Positions 50,969 to 62,905 are shown, counted from the first letter of the stretch. The stretch is 64,000 bases of DNA from Veleropilina oligotropha (GCA_048128005.1 JBEUKZ010000101.1:1-64000), one strand, 5' to 3'. A program made the numbers and translations. Notes: generated by a model from the letters alone, not told the origin.

Positions 50969-52241
50969 TCTCGATATTCAGCTGTGCGTCCATGATCACG
51001 AACTCGTAGACGTTCAGTGGACCGGCCGCTTCGGCTGTTTTAGTGATCTGAATAGTAATGCCTTCGCTGGCGTTCTCGACCCTCCGGCCTGACCCGTGCA
51101 ACTGATCGTCGTCAGTTACCCGCATATCGATCCAGAGCGCAAATTTCTTAGTCAGAAATTCGCCCAGGGTGACGTCTGCCATCTCCAAATCCTTTGCGAC
51201 CATCGCGACCTCAGGATGCCGCTTGCTGCAGCCGGAGGCGAACATTTTCTTGGCTTCTTCCCAGATCTGGTATGTTCGCATGCCCTGGCTGTAGATTTGA
51301 TTCGGGACACCCTCGATTGTGACCTCGACCTTTGTGATCTTCGGATTATAGAAGGCCTCAGTATCGCGAGAGAATGGCGCAGCGTCTCTCGCAGGGTCCT
51401 CGAACAACAGTAGTATTCCTTTCATCGACCTCGCCGGTACGTTCACATTCATATTCCACAACGAGTCGCTCTTGTCTAGGGTGAGCTTCCGATGCCGGAG
51501 AACACGGTCGTACAGGATTACGAGTTGACCCTGGTATTGATTTCGAATCCGTCTGGCAAGCTCGGATTGGGTTACCATGTCATATTCGAGGGATATATTG
51601 TCGATGGAATAGCTGGAACCGGAGTCGTCCGTCTCCCGGATAGTCCGGGAGTAGTCGTTGAACGTTAGCTCATACTCGAGACGGTCTCCAAGGGCGCTTT
51701 GATAGAATGGCATGTGACTTTCCAACAGCTCGAAATCCAGCGGGATGCGGAATCGGTTACCGTACGCGGCCGCGACCGCGACATCCTCAGACAGTCTGAA
51801 GGCGTCTGCCGCGCCAACACGATGCTTCGTAGTGTTGTGTCCATCGCTGGTATCAATCCCCTGGTACTGGGCGTTCTTGCGCTCCCCTGTGGTCTTCCAG
51901 AGATCGCAGTAGCAGTGGTACACGTCGGAGTCGTCAATCGACATGATCTCGTTTCCACTTATCTTTATCGTGGTCTTTCTGATCACGGCACGGCCGATAT
52001 TTTGCACTACAGTCCTATTCGCATTTACCGAGGTCAGAGAGATGGTAAATGCGAGGTGGGCAGTCCCTGGAACGATCACGTCATTCGCCCCGAGATTAGG
52101 GAACCGAACCAGGAGCTGCTGGTTCGGGGCAATCGTTGATGGATTGTTTGTAATCGTGACCGACTGGCGGATGCCCTTGACTGCGAGGGGCTCACGCAGC
52201 CTGCGGTATGGATTAAGCTTGCGTCCGTATACGCTAGTCAT
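50940..52241 (-). CDS. Major capsid protein (inferred)
   Basis: Ortholog of 9840-11141. Confidence 0.78.
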   Translation of the reverse strand: MTSVYGRKLNPYRRLREPLAVKGIRQSVTITNNPSTIAPNQQLLVRFPNLGANDVIVPGTAHLAFTISLTSVNANRTVVQNIGRAVIRKTTIKISGNEIMSIDDSDVYHCYCDLWKTTGERKNAQYQGIDTSDGHNTTKHRVGAADAFRLSEDVAVAAAYGNRFRIPLDFELLESHMPFYQSALGDRLEYELTFNDYSRTIRETDDSGSSYSIDNISLEYDMVTQSELARRIRNQYQGQLVILYDRVLRHRKLTLDKSDSLWNMNVNVPARSMKGILLLFEDPARDAAPFSRDTEAFYNPKITKVEVTIEGVPNQIYSQGMRTYQIWEEAKKMFASGCSKRHPEVAMVAKDLEMADVTLGEFLTKKFALWIDMRVTDDDQLHGSGRRVENASEGITIQITKTAEAAGPLNVYEFVIMDAQLNIENGRFVEALY

Positions 52242-52277
52242 GGCTGAATTAGATGCGTATCCCACTGATGTATTCAA

Positions 52278-53594
52278 ATGGCGGAATTCGAGAACCCCGC
52301 ATTCGAGCCGGACGATCTCATCGACAACGATGATACCATCATCGACGATACTGATGTGGATCTATCCACCGACCGGTTTATGCCTGTTCTTTCGGAACGG
52401 CCACAGGAAGGAACCAGCAGTCTTCAGCAAGAGCTCGTTCAGGGCGTGGTTGACGACTACTACAAAGCCCTGGCACAGGAGGGGCAGACCCCAGCCGCAG
52501 GGCGAGATTATTCAAAATTCAAGTATGTGAGGGGAAAATTAGGGAGGGGGGGGAAATTGGTGATGACGGACTACCCCGACATCAATCTCATAAATTCTCG
52601 CACCGGCAACCCCTTGGCGTTATCAACAATAGCTGGCCGGCCTGGCGGCGGTGATGCCATCCGAGATCTGGGTTTTGTAAACTGGAAGCGGGTAGGGGGA
52701 CGACAAAAGCTGGCCTCAAAAGCGGTTGCAGTTCTTCAGGCAGCCGACAACGAGTTGAGCGGTGCGGCCGCTAATGTCGACACTATGGAACTTCAGGATT
52801 TGGGGCAGACTGCTACTGATGCCTCGGTAGCAATCCACACGATGGAGACGAAATTCACTGATACCGAGGTTGAAGAGATCTTAGGCACAATGGGGGACCC
52901 TCCATTAAATCTTCGCGAGCTTCGCGGACTTGACAAGGCGATGCAGACCATAAGAGGCGAACTAACCAACAATCTAGCCAAACTAACGGCGCTGGACGAA
53001 CACATAGAGCTGGAGAAGATGAAGCTCGATCAGGCAGATGAAGAGGGCGGTGTGGATGAGTTCATCCGTCGACGGATCGCGGAACGTCTGCGCGACCTGA
53101 ATGATGAAAGAGCAGCTCGCCTAGAGGCAGCATCATCAAGCCGGGAGGCCCTTCGCTCTCAAATCAGCCGGATCCGAGAGATGATAAGTCGGATCCTGAA
53201 CACCGACACAACGCTGGCCGAGCGTATCCGGACCCTGTTCCGCGAGCAAGGGGTTACGATCGCAACAATACTGACCGCTATCGGGCTCGCCATCTCGACG
53301 TTGGTACTAGCCCTGACAGGCGGAGCGCCGAGCATACCACCAACACCACCACCTCCCAGTGGTCAGGGCGGGGTCAAGGAGTGGGTCAAAAAGCAGCTGC
53401 AGAACCTGGGAAGGATTCTAGGCAAACTAGCAGGGAAGGCCGCAGCCGCGCTCCCAGGAATACTTGGAAGCCTGGTCTCCTGGCTAATCAACCTGATTGG
53501 CAAGACAGCATCGTGGCTCGCTGAAAACCTATGGGCACTGGTCATATCAGTCGGGGGCTTGCTTCTTATTGCCGCTAGACAGTGGGTCACGTAA
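52278..53594 (+). CDS. Coiled-coil membrane protein with FENPAF motif, 438 aa
   Basis: Ortholog of 8490-9803. Confidence 0.82.
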   Translation: MAEFENPAFEPDDLIDNDDTIIDDTDVDLSTDRFMPVLSERPQEGTSSLQQELVQGVVDDYYKALAQEGQTPAAGRDYSKFKYVRGKLGRGGKLVMTDYPDINLINSRTGNPLALSTIAGRPGGGDAIRDLGFVNWKRVGGRQKLASKAVAVLQAADNELSGAAANVDTMELQDLGQTATDASVAIHTMETKFTDTEVEEILGTMGDPPLNLRELRGLDKAMQTIRGELTNNLAKLTALDEHIELEKMKLDQADEEGGVDEFIRRRIAERLRDLNDERAARLEAASSSREALRSQISRIREMISRILNTDTTLAERIRTLFREQGVTIATILTAIGLAISTLVLALTGGAPSIPPTPPPPSGQGGVKEWVKKQLQNLGRILGKLAGKAAAALPGILGSLVSWLINLIGKTASWLAENLWALVISVGGLLLIAARQWVT

Positions 53595-54870
53595 GCCAAA
53601 TGAATGCTAGGCCAACGACAATGCCGCCCACGATAAGTGCGGTTTTCTCCTCGTCATGTGCCGCTGGAACAGCCGCCACTGAGGCCACAGCTGGCAGAGA
53701 GCTTGGATGCTTCGGAGTGACCGCATCTGCGGGTAAGACGGCGTCTTGTGGGATGACCAATCCTGTTTCTCCAGTCTCCCCAGTGGCGTTGTGCGGCACA
53801 GGATTGGCCGCGTTCACCGTAGTATTAAGACCTAGGGTCTGGGCTTCCGTGGCAACGACGATCTCATTGTTATAACCAGCCACCTGCCCGATCCGAAGGA
53901 GCATGTCACTTGGCGCCATGTAAAGGCCGACGCCGAATACGAAGTCTACTTTAGACCTGGCATACTGCAAAACGTCCTGGTACCGTTGGATCGCAGCAGG
54001 GAGGTCAACGGGGGATGCGATGGCGTCTTCCACGTTCGCCAGGAACTGTTTCTGTGCGTCAAATGCCGTCCCACTACCCAGAATACTTGCACGCGTTTGA
54101 GCCTGCGCTCCAAGAATAGCCCAGACGTAGGTCCTGATGGAATCATTGAGCCTTTCCACGCCGGCCCTCGTGAATCCCACCGACCTGTCCAGAATAAAAG
54201 TAGCCCAACCGTTTTTAAGCGCAGGCGCTTGCGCGATGTAGTCCACGTGCAGATTCGTGTTGGTCGTACCTTTGGTGAAGGACATTCGGCTTGGATCATA
54301 CTCACGTCCGATGGGGTGGTAGCCGTTGTTCGTCCAGTAGCTGTAAGCGGTGCCTAGTCCGCCGTTGGGACCCTTGACACGCCAGTCGGTATGTGGGGAC
54401 ACTCCGAATTCGCTGCAGATCTTTTCATATGCCCTTCGGTCATACGGGGTGTCGAATGCATCCCACGTCCGGTCTTGTGGCAGCGGCGCCTGAATCTCGG
54501 TCAAGATTCGTCTGACCTGATAGTAGACGTGGAAGGTGAATACAGCAGTGGAGAGGGCTGCAGTAGCATTCAAGTGGTCTTCTGAGGAGATCCCGGAACC
54601 TGTTGTGGCACACCATACTGCGAAGTTGACCTTGTTCTGCCAGAACCGCATCGGTGTGCTGTGCCAAGCCCTTATCAGCCCGTCACTAGCGACGTGAGGG
54701 AGGCGATACTTTTGAAATACGTCGGGGTATGTTGCCCCGAATGCAGTGGTTGAGCTATTACCCACATTGATGCTTGGTCTCGTAAGCTGCTCATCTTTGA
54801 TCTTTGCTGGGTACACCACACCGGTCGGATAGGCCGCACTCCTATTAAAACCAAATGCGCTCTTAGCCAT
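53587..54870 (-). CDS. Unknown protein with C-terminal TM anchor
   Basis: Ortholog of 7214-8497. Confidence 0.8.
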   Translation of the reverse strand: MAKSAFGFNRSAAYPTGVVYPAKIKDEQLTRPSINVGNSSTTAFGATYPDVFQKYRLPHVASDGLIRAWHSTPMRFWQNKVNFAVWCATTGSGISSEDHLNATAALSTAVFTFHVYYQVRRILTEIQAPLPQDRTWDAFDTPYDRRAYEKICSEFGVSPHTDWRVKGPNGGLGTAYSYWTNNGYHPIGREYDPSRMSFTKGTTNTNLHVDYIAQAPALKNGWATFILDRSVGFTRAGVERLNDSIRTYVWAILGAQAQTRASILGSGTAFDAQKQFLANVEDAIASPVDLPAAIQRYQDVLQYARSKVDFVFGVGLYMAPSDMLLRIGQVAGYNNEIVVATEAQTLGLNTTVNAANPVPHNATGETGETGLVIPQDAVLPADAVTPKHPSSLPAVASVAAVPAAHDEEKTALIVGGIVVGLAFIWLT

Positions 54871-54877
54871 AGCTACT

Positions 54878-55618
54878 ATGTTCCACACATTAACAAACGT
54901 TCAAGAGGGGACCGCGGTTGCCCTCCTGGAGCCGATTGATAACCGGGACGGCAAGCTATGTGTCAGCTTGCAGTCGCTCGACTATTGGGTAGGCTGGCAC
55001 AACGTGCATGCCGGAGCCTTCTTTAAGACCCCGGATACCACGGTCGACGTGGCACCAGGTTTCTACAGCTTCGATGACCTCGCCAAGACGATGAAGAGGT
55101 CGCTAGTTAACCTAAAACTCGATGTAAGCCATGCTACAGGGCTCGCCCGAATCGTGGTCCCAGAGGGGACTCGACTCGCGATAAGCGACGATATACGAAA
55201 ACTCCTCGGCTTAGACCTCTCTTCGTTTATTCTCGATAAAGCAGGGAATCTGAACCAACCGGTTCGGGGAGTACAGGGCCAACCACCTCCCCCTCCGGAG
55301 AGATCCGAGTGGCTACGCCCTGGGACTTATGACGGGAATAAGCCTGTCGGGTTTGCCATAGCGCCAACCCTGCACGTCCACCTGGAGCAGCTTAGTACAA
55401 CGCACAATGTGAAGGACGGCGCCCCGAGCACTATTCTCGCGGTGGTCCCTATCACGTCGCAGATGTTCGGTGAAGCTGGCCACTATCATAGCTATCCCGC
55501 CGGCCGGCGACTACAGGCCGGGCTAATCACAGAGTTGAAGGTGTACGTCACAGACGCAGACAGTAACCTGCTAGACAATCACGGCATGCCTATTTCCGCA
55601 GTCCTTGCGATACAATGA
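54878..55618 (+). CDS. Minor capsid (penton-like) protein
   Basis: Ortholog of 6466-7206. Confidence 0.75.
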   Translation: MFHTLTNVQEGTAVALLEPIDNRDGKLCVSLQSLDYWVGWHNVHAGAFFKTPDTTVDVAPGFYSFDDLAKTMKRSLVNLKLDVSHATGLARIVVPEGTRLAISDDIRKLLGLDLSSFILDKAGNLNQPVRGVQGQPPPPPERSEWLRPGTYDGNKPVGFAIAPTLHVHLEQLSTTHNVKDGAPSTILAVVPITSQMFGEAGHYHSYPAGRRLQAGLITELKVYVTDADSNLLDNHGMPISAVLAIQ

Positions 55619-55965
55619 GCAGCATCTACGGGACCCTGCTTGCAGACGAGCCCTCTTCCCCCCCGACCCGGTGGCACTTTGTCCTTAATTGTGGGGTAGC
55701 GCCCAATAAGGGGCTGGCGAGGAGGGAGTTCATGTTTCCAAACACTAGAGGTCGGTTCGGGTTGAACCCAGCCCTTCTAATGATCCACCTGACGCCGGTC
55801 CAGCCGGCCGGGGGCCCCAAGGCATGTTCCATAAGTAAACTCAGCCTGGATTCGGATAAGTTAACCCTCGCCTTTGTCATCAAGGCCCCGTGGGTCGGCA
55901 CTCTGTATTTGAACGTTACAGTAGACATTTTAAACAAACAGGCGGAACAATACAGCCACGTATGA
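55615..55965 (+). CDS. Hypothetical viral protein, 116 aa
   Basis: Ortholog of 6122-6469. Confidence 0.7.
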   Translation: MSSIYGTLLADEPSSPPTRWHFVLNCGVAPNKGLARREFMFPNTRGRFGLNPALLMIHLTPVQPAGGPKACSISKLSLDSDKLTLAFVIKAPWVGTLYLNVTVDILNKQAEQYSHV

Positions 55966-56597
55966 TGGACAACAAACCCTCAGCGCCAACGCTGTACCCA
56001 CAACTTGGTGGCGATGTGCCTTCGGAACTGCATGAGGCACAGTCCTTCCGACTACAGAAAGTGAATGAGCTTCAGGGACAATTAGAACGAGAGAGGGACA
56101 CACGGGCTGCATTATATAAAAAGTACCGACGAGGTGTTAACGTCGTTGACGGGATAGATAACGGGCTAGTCGTCGCCACACTTGGTATGGGTAGCGCTGG
56201 AATTGGTCTACTGTCCACAATTGTAGCCGCCCCGGTCGTCCTAGTGCTGGAACTAGCGGCATTAGGGTGTGGGCTCGCTAGTATGGGTGGAAAGTATATC
56301 AGCCGGCGCCTCGGGGTGAAGGCTAAGAAACACGACGAGATTCGAGTCCTGGCCGACAGCAAGCTGAATACCATAACCGACCACGTCTCAAAGGCATTAT
56401 CGGACGGGGTGATGTCTGATGATGAATTCCAACTGGTCACAGGGGAGATGGAGAAATATCAAGCCATGAAGGCATCAATCCGGGATAAGAGTAGGAAGGC
56501 GCACACCGCGATTTCACAGACCCAAAGCGAGCTTATTGAGCGTGGTCGTTTAGAGGGTCGTGCAGAGCTGCTGAAAAAAATCGGAGCTGGCGACTAA
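55962..56597 (+). CDS. PSAP/LYPQL-motif membrane-associated protein
   Basis: Ortholog of 5490-6125. Confidence 0.8.
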   Translation: MMDNKPSAPTLYPQLGGDVPSELHEAQSFRLQKVNELQGQLERERDTRAALYKKYRRGVNVVDGIDNGLVVATLGMGSAGIGLLSTIVAAPVVLVLELAALGCGLASMGGKYISRRLGVKAKKHDEIRVLADSKLNTITDHVSKALSDGVMSDDEFQLVTGEMEKYQAMKASIRDKSRKAHTAISQTQSELIERGRLEGRAELLKKIGAGD

Positions 56598-56679
56598 CTA
56601 TCCAGGTTGAGCGTAGCCACGACTACCCCGCTCCTCCCCCGTATTAAAGCTAGAAATCGACAGTGATATCTGGACAACC

Positions 56680-57096
56680 ATGAAATCCATGAAATCTATG
56701 CTACTGTGCATTGTCGCGGTGTGCTTTGCCGCGTGGGGTACCACCCAGGCGTCGTCGCGTGACACTGCATTAATTCTGGAACATACGTGGGCAAGGTACC
56801 GAAATCATCCCAGGTATAACGCCCGATTCGATCACTTGCGAAGAAACTTGCTACGAGACCCACCTCCAGTGCGGGCACCGTCATGTCACTATTTCATTAC
56901 CGATGGAGAGAACGATTGTGGCCCAGATCCTAATATCGTTGTGTGTATTGAGTGCGCTGAGCCGTCCTTATGTCACGGTAAACGTGGGCATTATTTCTCC
57001 ATGTTATCTACGGGCTGCTTCGGTATGTGGAGAAAAGTCGGACACATCTCACCCTGTAATTGTACTTTAATATCGGGCAACTATATATTCATATAA
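56680..57096 (+). CDS. Secreted cysteine-rich protein, 138 aa
   Basis: Divergent ortholog of 4976-5407 with Cys scaffold conserved. Confidence 0.75.
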   Translation: MKSMKSMLLCIVAVCFAAWGTTQASSRDTALILEHTWARYRNHPRYNARFDHLRRNLLRDPPPVRAPSCHYFITDGENDCGPDPNIVVCIECAEPSLCHGKRGHYFSMLSTGCFGMWRKVGHISPCNCTLISGNYIFI

Positions 57097-58051
57097 ACCA
57101 GCTGATTAGGAAATCTCTTGCCTTACAATATGTCACAGCTGTTTATATAAATATTTTCCAGGTCGACGAGAGCGACCTCTGTCCGATTTATGAATGAAAT
57201 ACCTCGCATCAATAAGTTACTAGTCGAACCTGGTCACGTGTAGTATTAATACAGCCTGCCGGCTGTCCATTGTTGACTATCCAGTACAGCCTCAATTACT
57301 TAAAATCATGAAACAATAGACCCTAGTGGATTTCTCAGTGGGTAAATATAAACGCTTGGCCTATCAAGCCATGTCTTTACAAGTATATGGTCGCGCCTAC
57401 GGTTCCATTGTTCTCTCCCTGCTATCAGGCTGGCTGACCTAGATTTTGTCTAACGCATTAGCAAAGAAGTCGCAAGCTGTCGTATAGGTATTTAGCTGTT
57501 GGCGAAAAAGAAAAAAAAACCTACTGGCCCAGATATAAAAATTTTCTGGCTCAGTGAAAAAAGATTGACCCAGATTTCTTTTTCTTGTAACCGTGCTTCT
57601 GTTTAGCACAGATAAAATTTTCTTGTAACCGTGTTTATGTAGTTACCGTATTTTGGTCGAGTCATTCGTCACGTGGCAATACAGCCTTCTAGAATGATCT
57701 AGAATAGACTCGATGATTCTAGAATAGACACTAAGTTATATATGGGAATGTGTACGTGGAAAGCCTAGAAAGTTCAGAAATCGTCAACAAGTTATATATG
57801 GGAATGTGGCAATAAACTGATCTAGAAGGCTGTAGAAGGCTGGAGGGGATTAGTGATATGAGTTTCGGCCGAAATGTCCACAGGTAAGTGTTTTAATTTA
57901 ATTTACTATTCTAAGCTACCCTAGTTTGTACACACGGTAACTTTTTGTAATACAATCCCTACCCTGGGGGCTGGAAATGGTGCTGGGAGCCTTAATTTCC
58001 CTCGCCGCGCCCCTAGTCTAACTCCCTAGCCCTCCACAGTAATACCAGCTC

Positions 58052-58214
58052 AGTTCTGAAATGGTGCTGGGCGCCGTATTTTCCCATTCTAAAAAGTCTA
58101 CTGACCCCCCCTGCTGCTGAGTTGAGATCCATATTAATTCTGAAAAGGTGCTGGGAGCCTTAATTTCTCTCGCCGCGCCCCCACATAAAAGGTATGGTCA
58201 CCCCCCCTGCTGCT
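58052..58214 (-). repeat. Right TIR of copy 2
   Basis: Near-perfect reverse complement of 42331-42493. Confidence 0.92.
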
Positions 58215-59935
58215 AACATAGATATTATTAATATTATAAGATGTGTAAAATTTTCATATTAATTTTAGTCACAACAATATTACAGTAATAATATTATATA
58301 AAATATAATTATTGCTTAAATAAGCATTTATTTAAGTATTTACATTAATAAAGATAAAAAATAATAGCTACTCGAGTATATTTTAGTGGAAAAAATTAGA
58401 AATAAAAAGTAAATTCGAGAACGAGGCAAATTGTCCTGAACTTAACTTGAGCCATGGACAACTTGGGCAGTATTGGTATGGAATAAGAAGGAAATTTGAA
58501 AACGAGGCTCCTTGCCAAAGTTACTTTGGTCAACCATGGAAAGTTGTGCAGAGCAAGTCAATTTGGGCACAGCTTCAAGCGGGAGTTCACTTGCCCTAAC
58601 TTGGAAAGTTAGGCAGAGCTTGATTTGAATTGAGCAGTGCCCAAATTAACTTCGACAAGTGTGGAATCTGGGCTGTAACAACAGTGGATGCCAATGGCGG
58701 TCGCGTTGATCAGTCAGACAACAATATATATTTTACTGTCGAATAAAGGACACAAGGTAATGAAGCTTAATTAGGCTTCCTATTTCATTCAAAGGGGATT
58801 TGGGGTGTGAACGAAATAATACAAAGAACAATGCATGCACTTTGCGGTTAATTAGAAGCTGTCGGCACCGCCACGTACGGAAAAGCAATTAACTTGTTCA
58901 CGCACTCTGACTCTGGCTATTGTTTATACACGGTCTGCTGAGCCAGGTTGCCGACGCTCAGAGACCTTTTGTTTTGTTGACAGGCGAGTAGAAATTGGAA
59001 GGTAATTAGAGTGTTGTTTCAAGTGGACAACGGGGAAGGACTTTGTGGGACACTTTGGGCTCCTAAATATGTGGTACCCAATCGGATTATCGACTGGCGC
59101 ATTGTGGTAATCCGATTTGAAATTCGGTAATCCGAGGCTACCGGATTACCGTAAAGGTCGACCCCTGGTTATATGCTAGCTGATATTTTCTAATATGTTT
59201 ATTATATCTATTGTTACCTTATTAAGCTATTTATTCCGACATTGTAGCGTTAAACTGAAATGAATTGTTCGGTTAAATTAACACGTGTTGAATCGTAACC
59301 AAAACGCACCACGCGAGCGCATGAATACATCACCAGACTAGTGGTCTTTCCGGGAAAACCAAAAATAGATCTATGCAATGACTGACAGCTGAGTGGTGAT
59401 CACGTGATTTCCTGATTTCAGATATTTGCAACGAAAATGGATTTAATACGATATCAAACGTGCAATATCATTCAAATCGCCTAAATTTGTCTAAATTCTT
59501 TTTCCTCGTTCTAAATGATAGCGCAATTATTACTAGTCATTTTAATCAAAGATTGAACGTGGCCAAGCAATGCAATTTCTATACCTTTATCAGTAAAGAG
59601 TTCCACTAGGTCAATGCGCACTATACAAGATACAAGATACAAGATACAAGAAGATTTATTTACCGTCGAATATGGTTAATACAAACATAAGCTCGGTAGA
59701 GCTTTTATTTCGACAAACAGATGTAGAAAATAATAATAATAATAGTAATAGCAAATTAAAAACAAGCAAACATCGACATGTACATATAAAAAATAAAACA
59801 AGCAGCAACACTAAAAACACTAAAAATATAATAATGCGCATCGATGGCTAGGAGGTTAAGAAGTGATGCCTGGCACTGTGCATGCCACGGTTAGTTATCA
59901 TAATGCCATAATATATATGTATATCAAATTTGAAA

Positions 59936-62186
59936 ATGGATATTCGTCGTTTCTTGAAACGTACAAGATGTGATGACCGTAATGTGTGTGATGATGAGAG
60001 CGCTAATGTCGCCAAGCGCACTCAGAGCGAGACTGAAGATGAATTGAACCTGGCTGGCCCATCGACAAGAATGGATGCTGTAACATGTACTGACCCAACT
60101 TCTCCGAAAGTACCTCGAACTGAGAAAATTGACGAAAAGGAATAAACAATTATCATTTCAACAATCATGGAAGGATAAAAGCTCGTGGATACGTTTTGAT
60201 TCGGTTGAGCAGGGGATGTTTTGTATATTTTGTGAGAAGGAATATGCAAGTGATAGCAGTGTGTTAAAACAGACAAAAGGGGCATGGATTAAATCTCCTG
60301 TTTCAAATTGGAAGAAAGCTATTGAGAAAATCCAAAAGCACAGCTCTTCAACAACCCATAAAGATGCTTTGGCAAAGCATGAAGCTGAAAAGCAAATAAA
60401 TTTACAAGGAAATGTTATCTCACAGATCTGCCAAGGATCAGATAATATCAAGTCTCAAATGAAGAAGAAAAATCGATCCCTACTGAAAAAGTTAATTCAG
60501 TCATTGTATTATCTGTTGACAAACAAAATAGCACATTATACAAATTTTTCCAGTCTGATTGAATTAATTGCTGACCTTGGGGATGAACAATTAAAAACAC
60601 ATTTAGAAAGCGCACCTGGCAATGCAAACTACATGTCAAATATGGTAATTGAAGAATATATTGATGCCCTGAGTATTTGGATTGAAAGGGGCTTACTCGA
60701 GTCTTTGAACAAGAGTCAATATTTAACTATCTTTGCTGATGAATCGACTGATATCAGTTCTGTTGAAGAGATGTCCATTTGTTTTAGATGGCTGGACAAT
60801 GGGAAGGTAGTTGAACATTTTATTGGCCTTGTTAATGTTGATCGGTGCGATTCTAAAACTATATTTGATCATTTGATTACTTTCATGAAAGACAAAGGTA
60901 TTGACTGTGAAAAGTTGAGAAGTCAGGGGTACGACGGCGCTGCCGCATTTTCGGGAATAAAAACTGGTGTCCAGGCACGAATGAGAACGGTGGCACCCAA
61001 AGCTCTGTACACTCATTGTAGGGCACATAAATTACAACTGGCATGTGTCTCTGCAGCTCAGAAGTTGCCTCAGATGAAAAAACTGTTTGCCACATTAATG
61101 TGCATTTGGAAAACCTTCCACTATTCACCCAAGAAGTTTGCCATGTTAAAGCAAATGCAAACAGTGCATGATCAACAACAACTAAAGATGATCCAACCAA
61201 GTGATACTCGCTGGCTGGCTCACGACAAAGCAGTGAAAGCAGTCATACTCTCATTGAAATCCTTAATTGCCACATATCAGCACATACATGTTGAAACTGG
61301 TGACCCTGAAGCTCTGGGGATCTACAAGATTATCAGTAGCTACAACTTTGTTGCCACTCTGCTGTTGCTCAGTGATGTTTTGCCTCATGTCACCATATTT
61401 AGCAAGACACTTCAAAGCAAATCAGCAGATCTTTCGCTTGTGAAGAGTCAGTTATCAAGCACATTGTCTGTTATCGAAGAACTCATATTGCATCCTCAGA
61501 ATGCTCATAATTTATCCACATTATCTGCCACACTGGAAGATCTGGCCATTACTGTACCTGACCCAGTAAATGCATGGGAAATCTTTCACAGGAACACCTT
61601 AACACCTTATCTGAAAACACTGAGAGACAATATTAAAAGGCGTTTTGAGGACTCCCTTGAAATGGTCACTGCATTTGGGATATTTGATCCACAAAACTTA
61701 CCAAATGATGTCAAAGAATTAAAAAACTAGGGCAATGAATCGTTAGGTAAACTAGTTGATTTCTTTGGCTCTGAAACTGAAGTCAGTTTTGATGGAAAGT
61801 CGTATTCCTGCATGGCAGATGTAGATGCAGATCAAACATATATTGAATGGAAATCATTCAAGGTCACAATGTATGATGAATTCAAGAGCAGTACCGTGAA
61901 AGAAATGACTGAAAAGTTTTTTCAAAGTGGCGCAAAATCCATGATTTATCCCAATATTGCCAATCTCCTTTCATTGTGCATGGTCTATCCAGTGTCAACC
62001 GCTACTGTTGAAAGATCCTTCAGTGACATGAAACAAATAAAGACCCGTCTCAGGAACCGCATATCACCAGATACCTTGTCCAAGTTAATGCTGATTGCCA
62101 TTGAAGGTCCTCCTTCCAATGAAGTTGACTACGAGTCGGTCATTGATATTTGGAAATCTAAGAGTACTCGTAGATTATTGGTGTGA
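59936..62186 (+). pseudogene. hAT transposase (ZMYM1/ZNF862-like), disrupted
   Basis: TTF finger MFCIFC, FADESTD, YDGA, HCRAH, TRW, dimerisation motif STATVERSFS; in-frame TAG at 61728-61730 and frame change near 60130. Confidence 0.88.
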
Positions 62187-62704
62187 AAGAAGACTTATTT
62201 AAAGGAGTGAAACACAATATCACAGGTATTTAAATAAATTTATTTCTCAAATTACAAAAACAAAATCATTTGCCGACTCGGACCTGTGTAATAGAACATC
62301 TCATCTGTCTTGTTTTATCATTTGACAGTAACTGTTGCTAAAGATTTATAATTAAGGATGTAGGACTACAATTAGGTGTGGACACAATTGTAGTTGACAG
62401 TTTGTCGAGTTTACAGTTTTCATGCTATATGTATGTACAATGTGAACATGTACTCATATTTTATCAATCATGATAATACCGGCATTACAAGTTAAGGATG
62501 CACAATTAGGTGTGGATAATTGCCGAAAGTTGCTCTAGTTTACAGTTTTAATGATATATTTATGTACAATGTGCAATAATCATAATTTCATGCATTTTAG
62601 GAAAATTATTGGGTTAAACTAATGGGGGGGATATCCCCCCCAAGTATTTTCAATGAGGGGGTCCAAACCCCCCCCCCCCCGGTCCCCCCCTGGATGAAAC
62701 CCTG

Positions 62705-62905
62705 ACTTTTAGCAATCTTCAGCTGTATTGTAGTCTGGACACCCGGTTTAAGGTCTCTCTCCGATCTGACCGACGTACATTAGGGATACCGGTAATATGA
62801 CTTCTATTATTTTAATTAAACGGACCGCCGCTGGTTTCGAACCTGGGACCAGCTAACAGCTTCGGTTGAGAGTCTGACGTGCTAACCACTCACCCACTGA
62901 TGCTG
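62705..62905 (-). mobile_element. tRNA-derived SINE head and body
   Basis: Minus strand A box TGGGTGAGTGG and B box GGTTCGAAACC. Confidence 0.7.

Larger units (their letters stand above)
42331..58214. mobile_element. Endogenous Polinton-like virus, copy 2 (15.9 kb), inverted relative to copy 1
   Basis: 163-bp TIRs, TSD AACAT (42326-42330 / 58215-58219), same gene order as copy 1. Confidence 0.93.
41898..59167. mobile_element. Non-autonomous TIR element (~1.4 kb net) with 5-bp TSD, hosting virus copy 2
   Basis: CAGGGGTAGATCT / AGGTCGACCCCTG; TSD GTTAT at 41893-41897 and 59168-59172; subterminal GGATACC/GGATTACC repeats. Confidence 0.78.
34199..62704 (+). mobile_element. hAT-family DNA transposon with 5-bp TSD, carrying nested insertions
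   Basis: TIRs CAGGGTTTCCGCCAGG / CCTGGATGAAACCCTG; TSD ACTTT at 34194-34198 and 62705-62709; transposase inside. Confidence 0.78.

Noticed and set aside
42331..58214. Copy 2 as an assembly artefact or segmental inverted duplication of copy 1
   Set aside because: Different TSDs, flanks, TIR lengths and many substitutions
61728..61730. Programmed readthrough of the TAG in the hAT transposase
   Set aside because: A simple nonsense change from a Tyr codon is more parsimonious, given a second lesion near 60130 and multiple nested insertions
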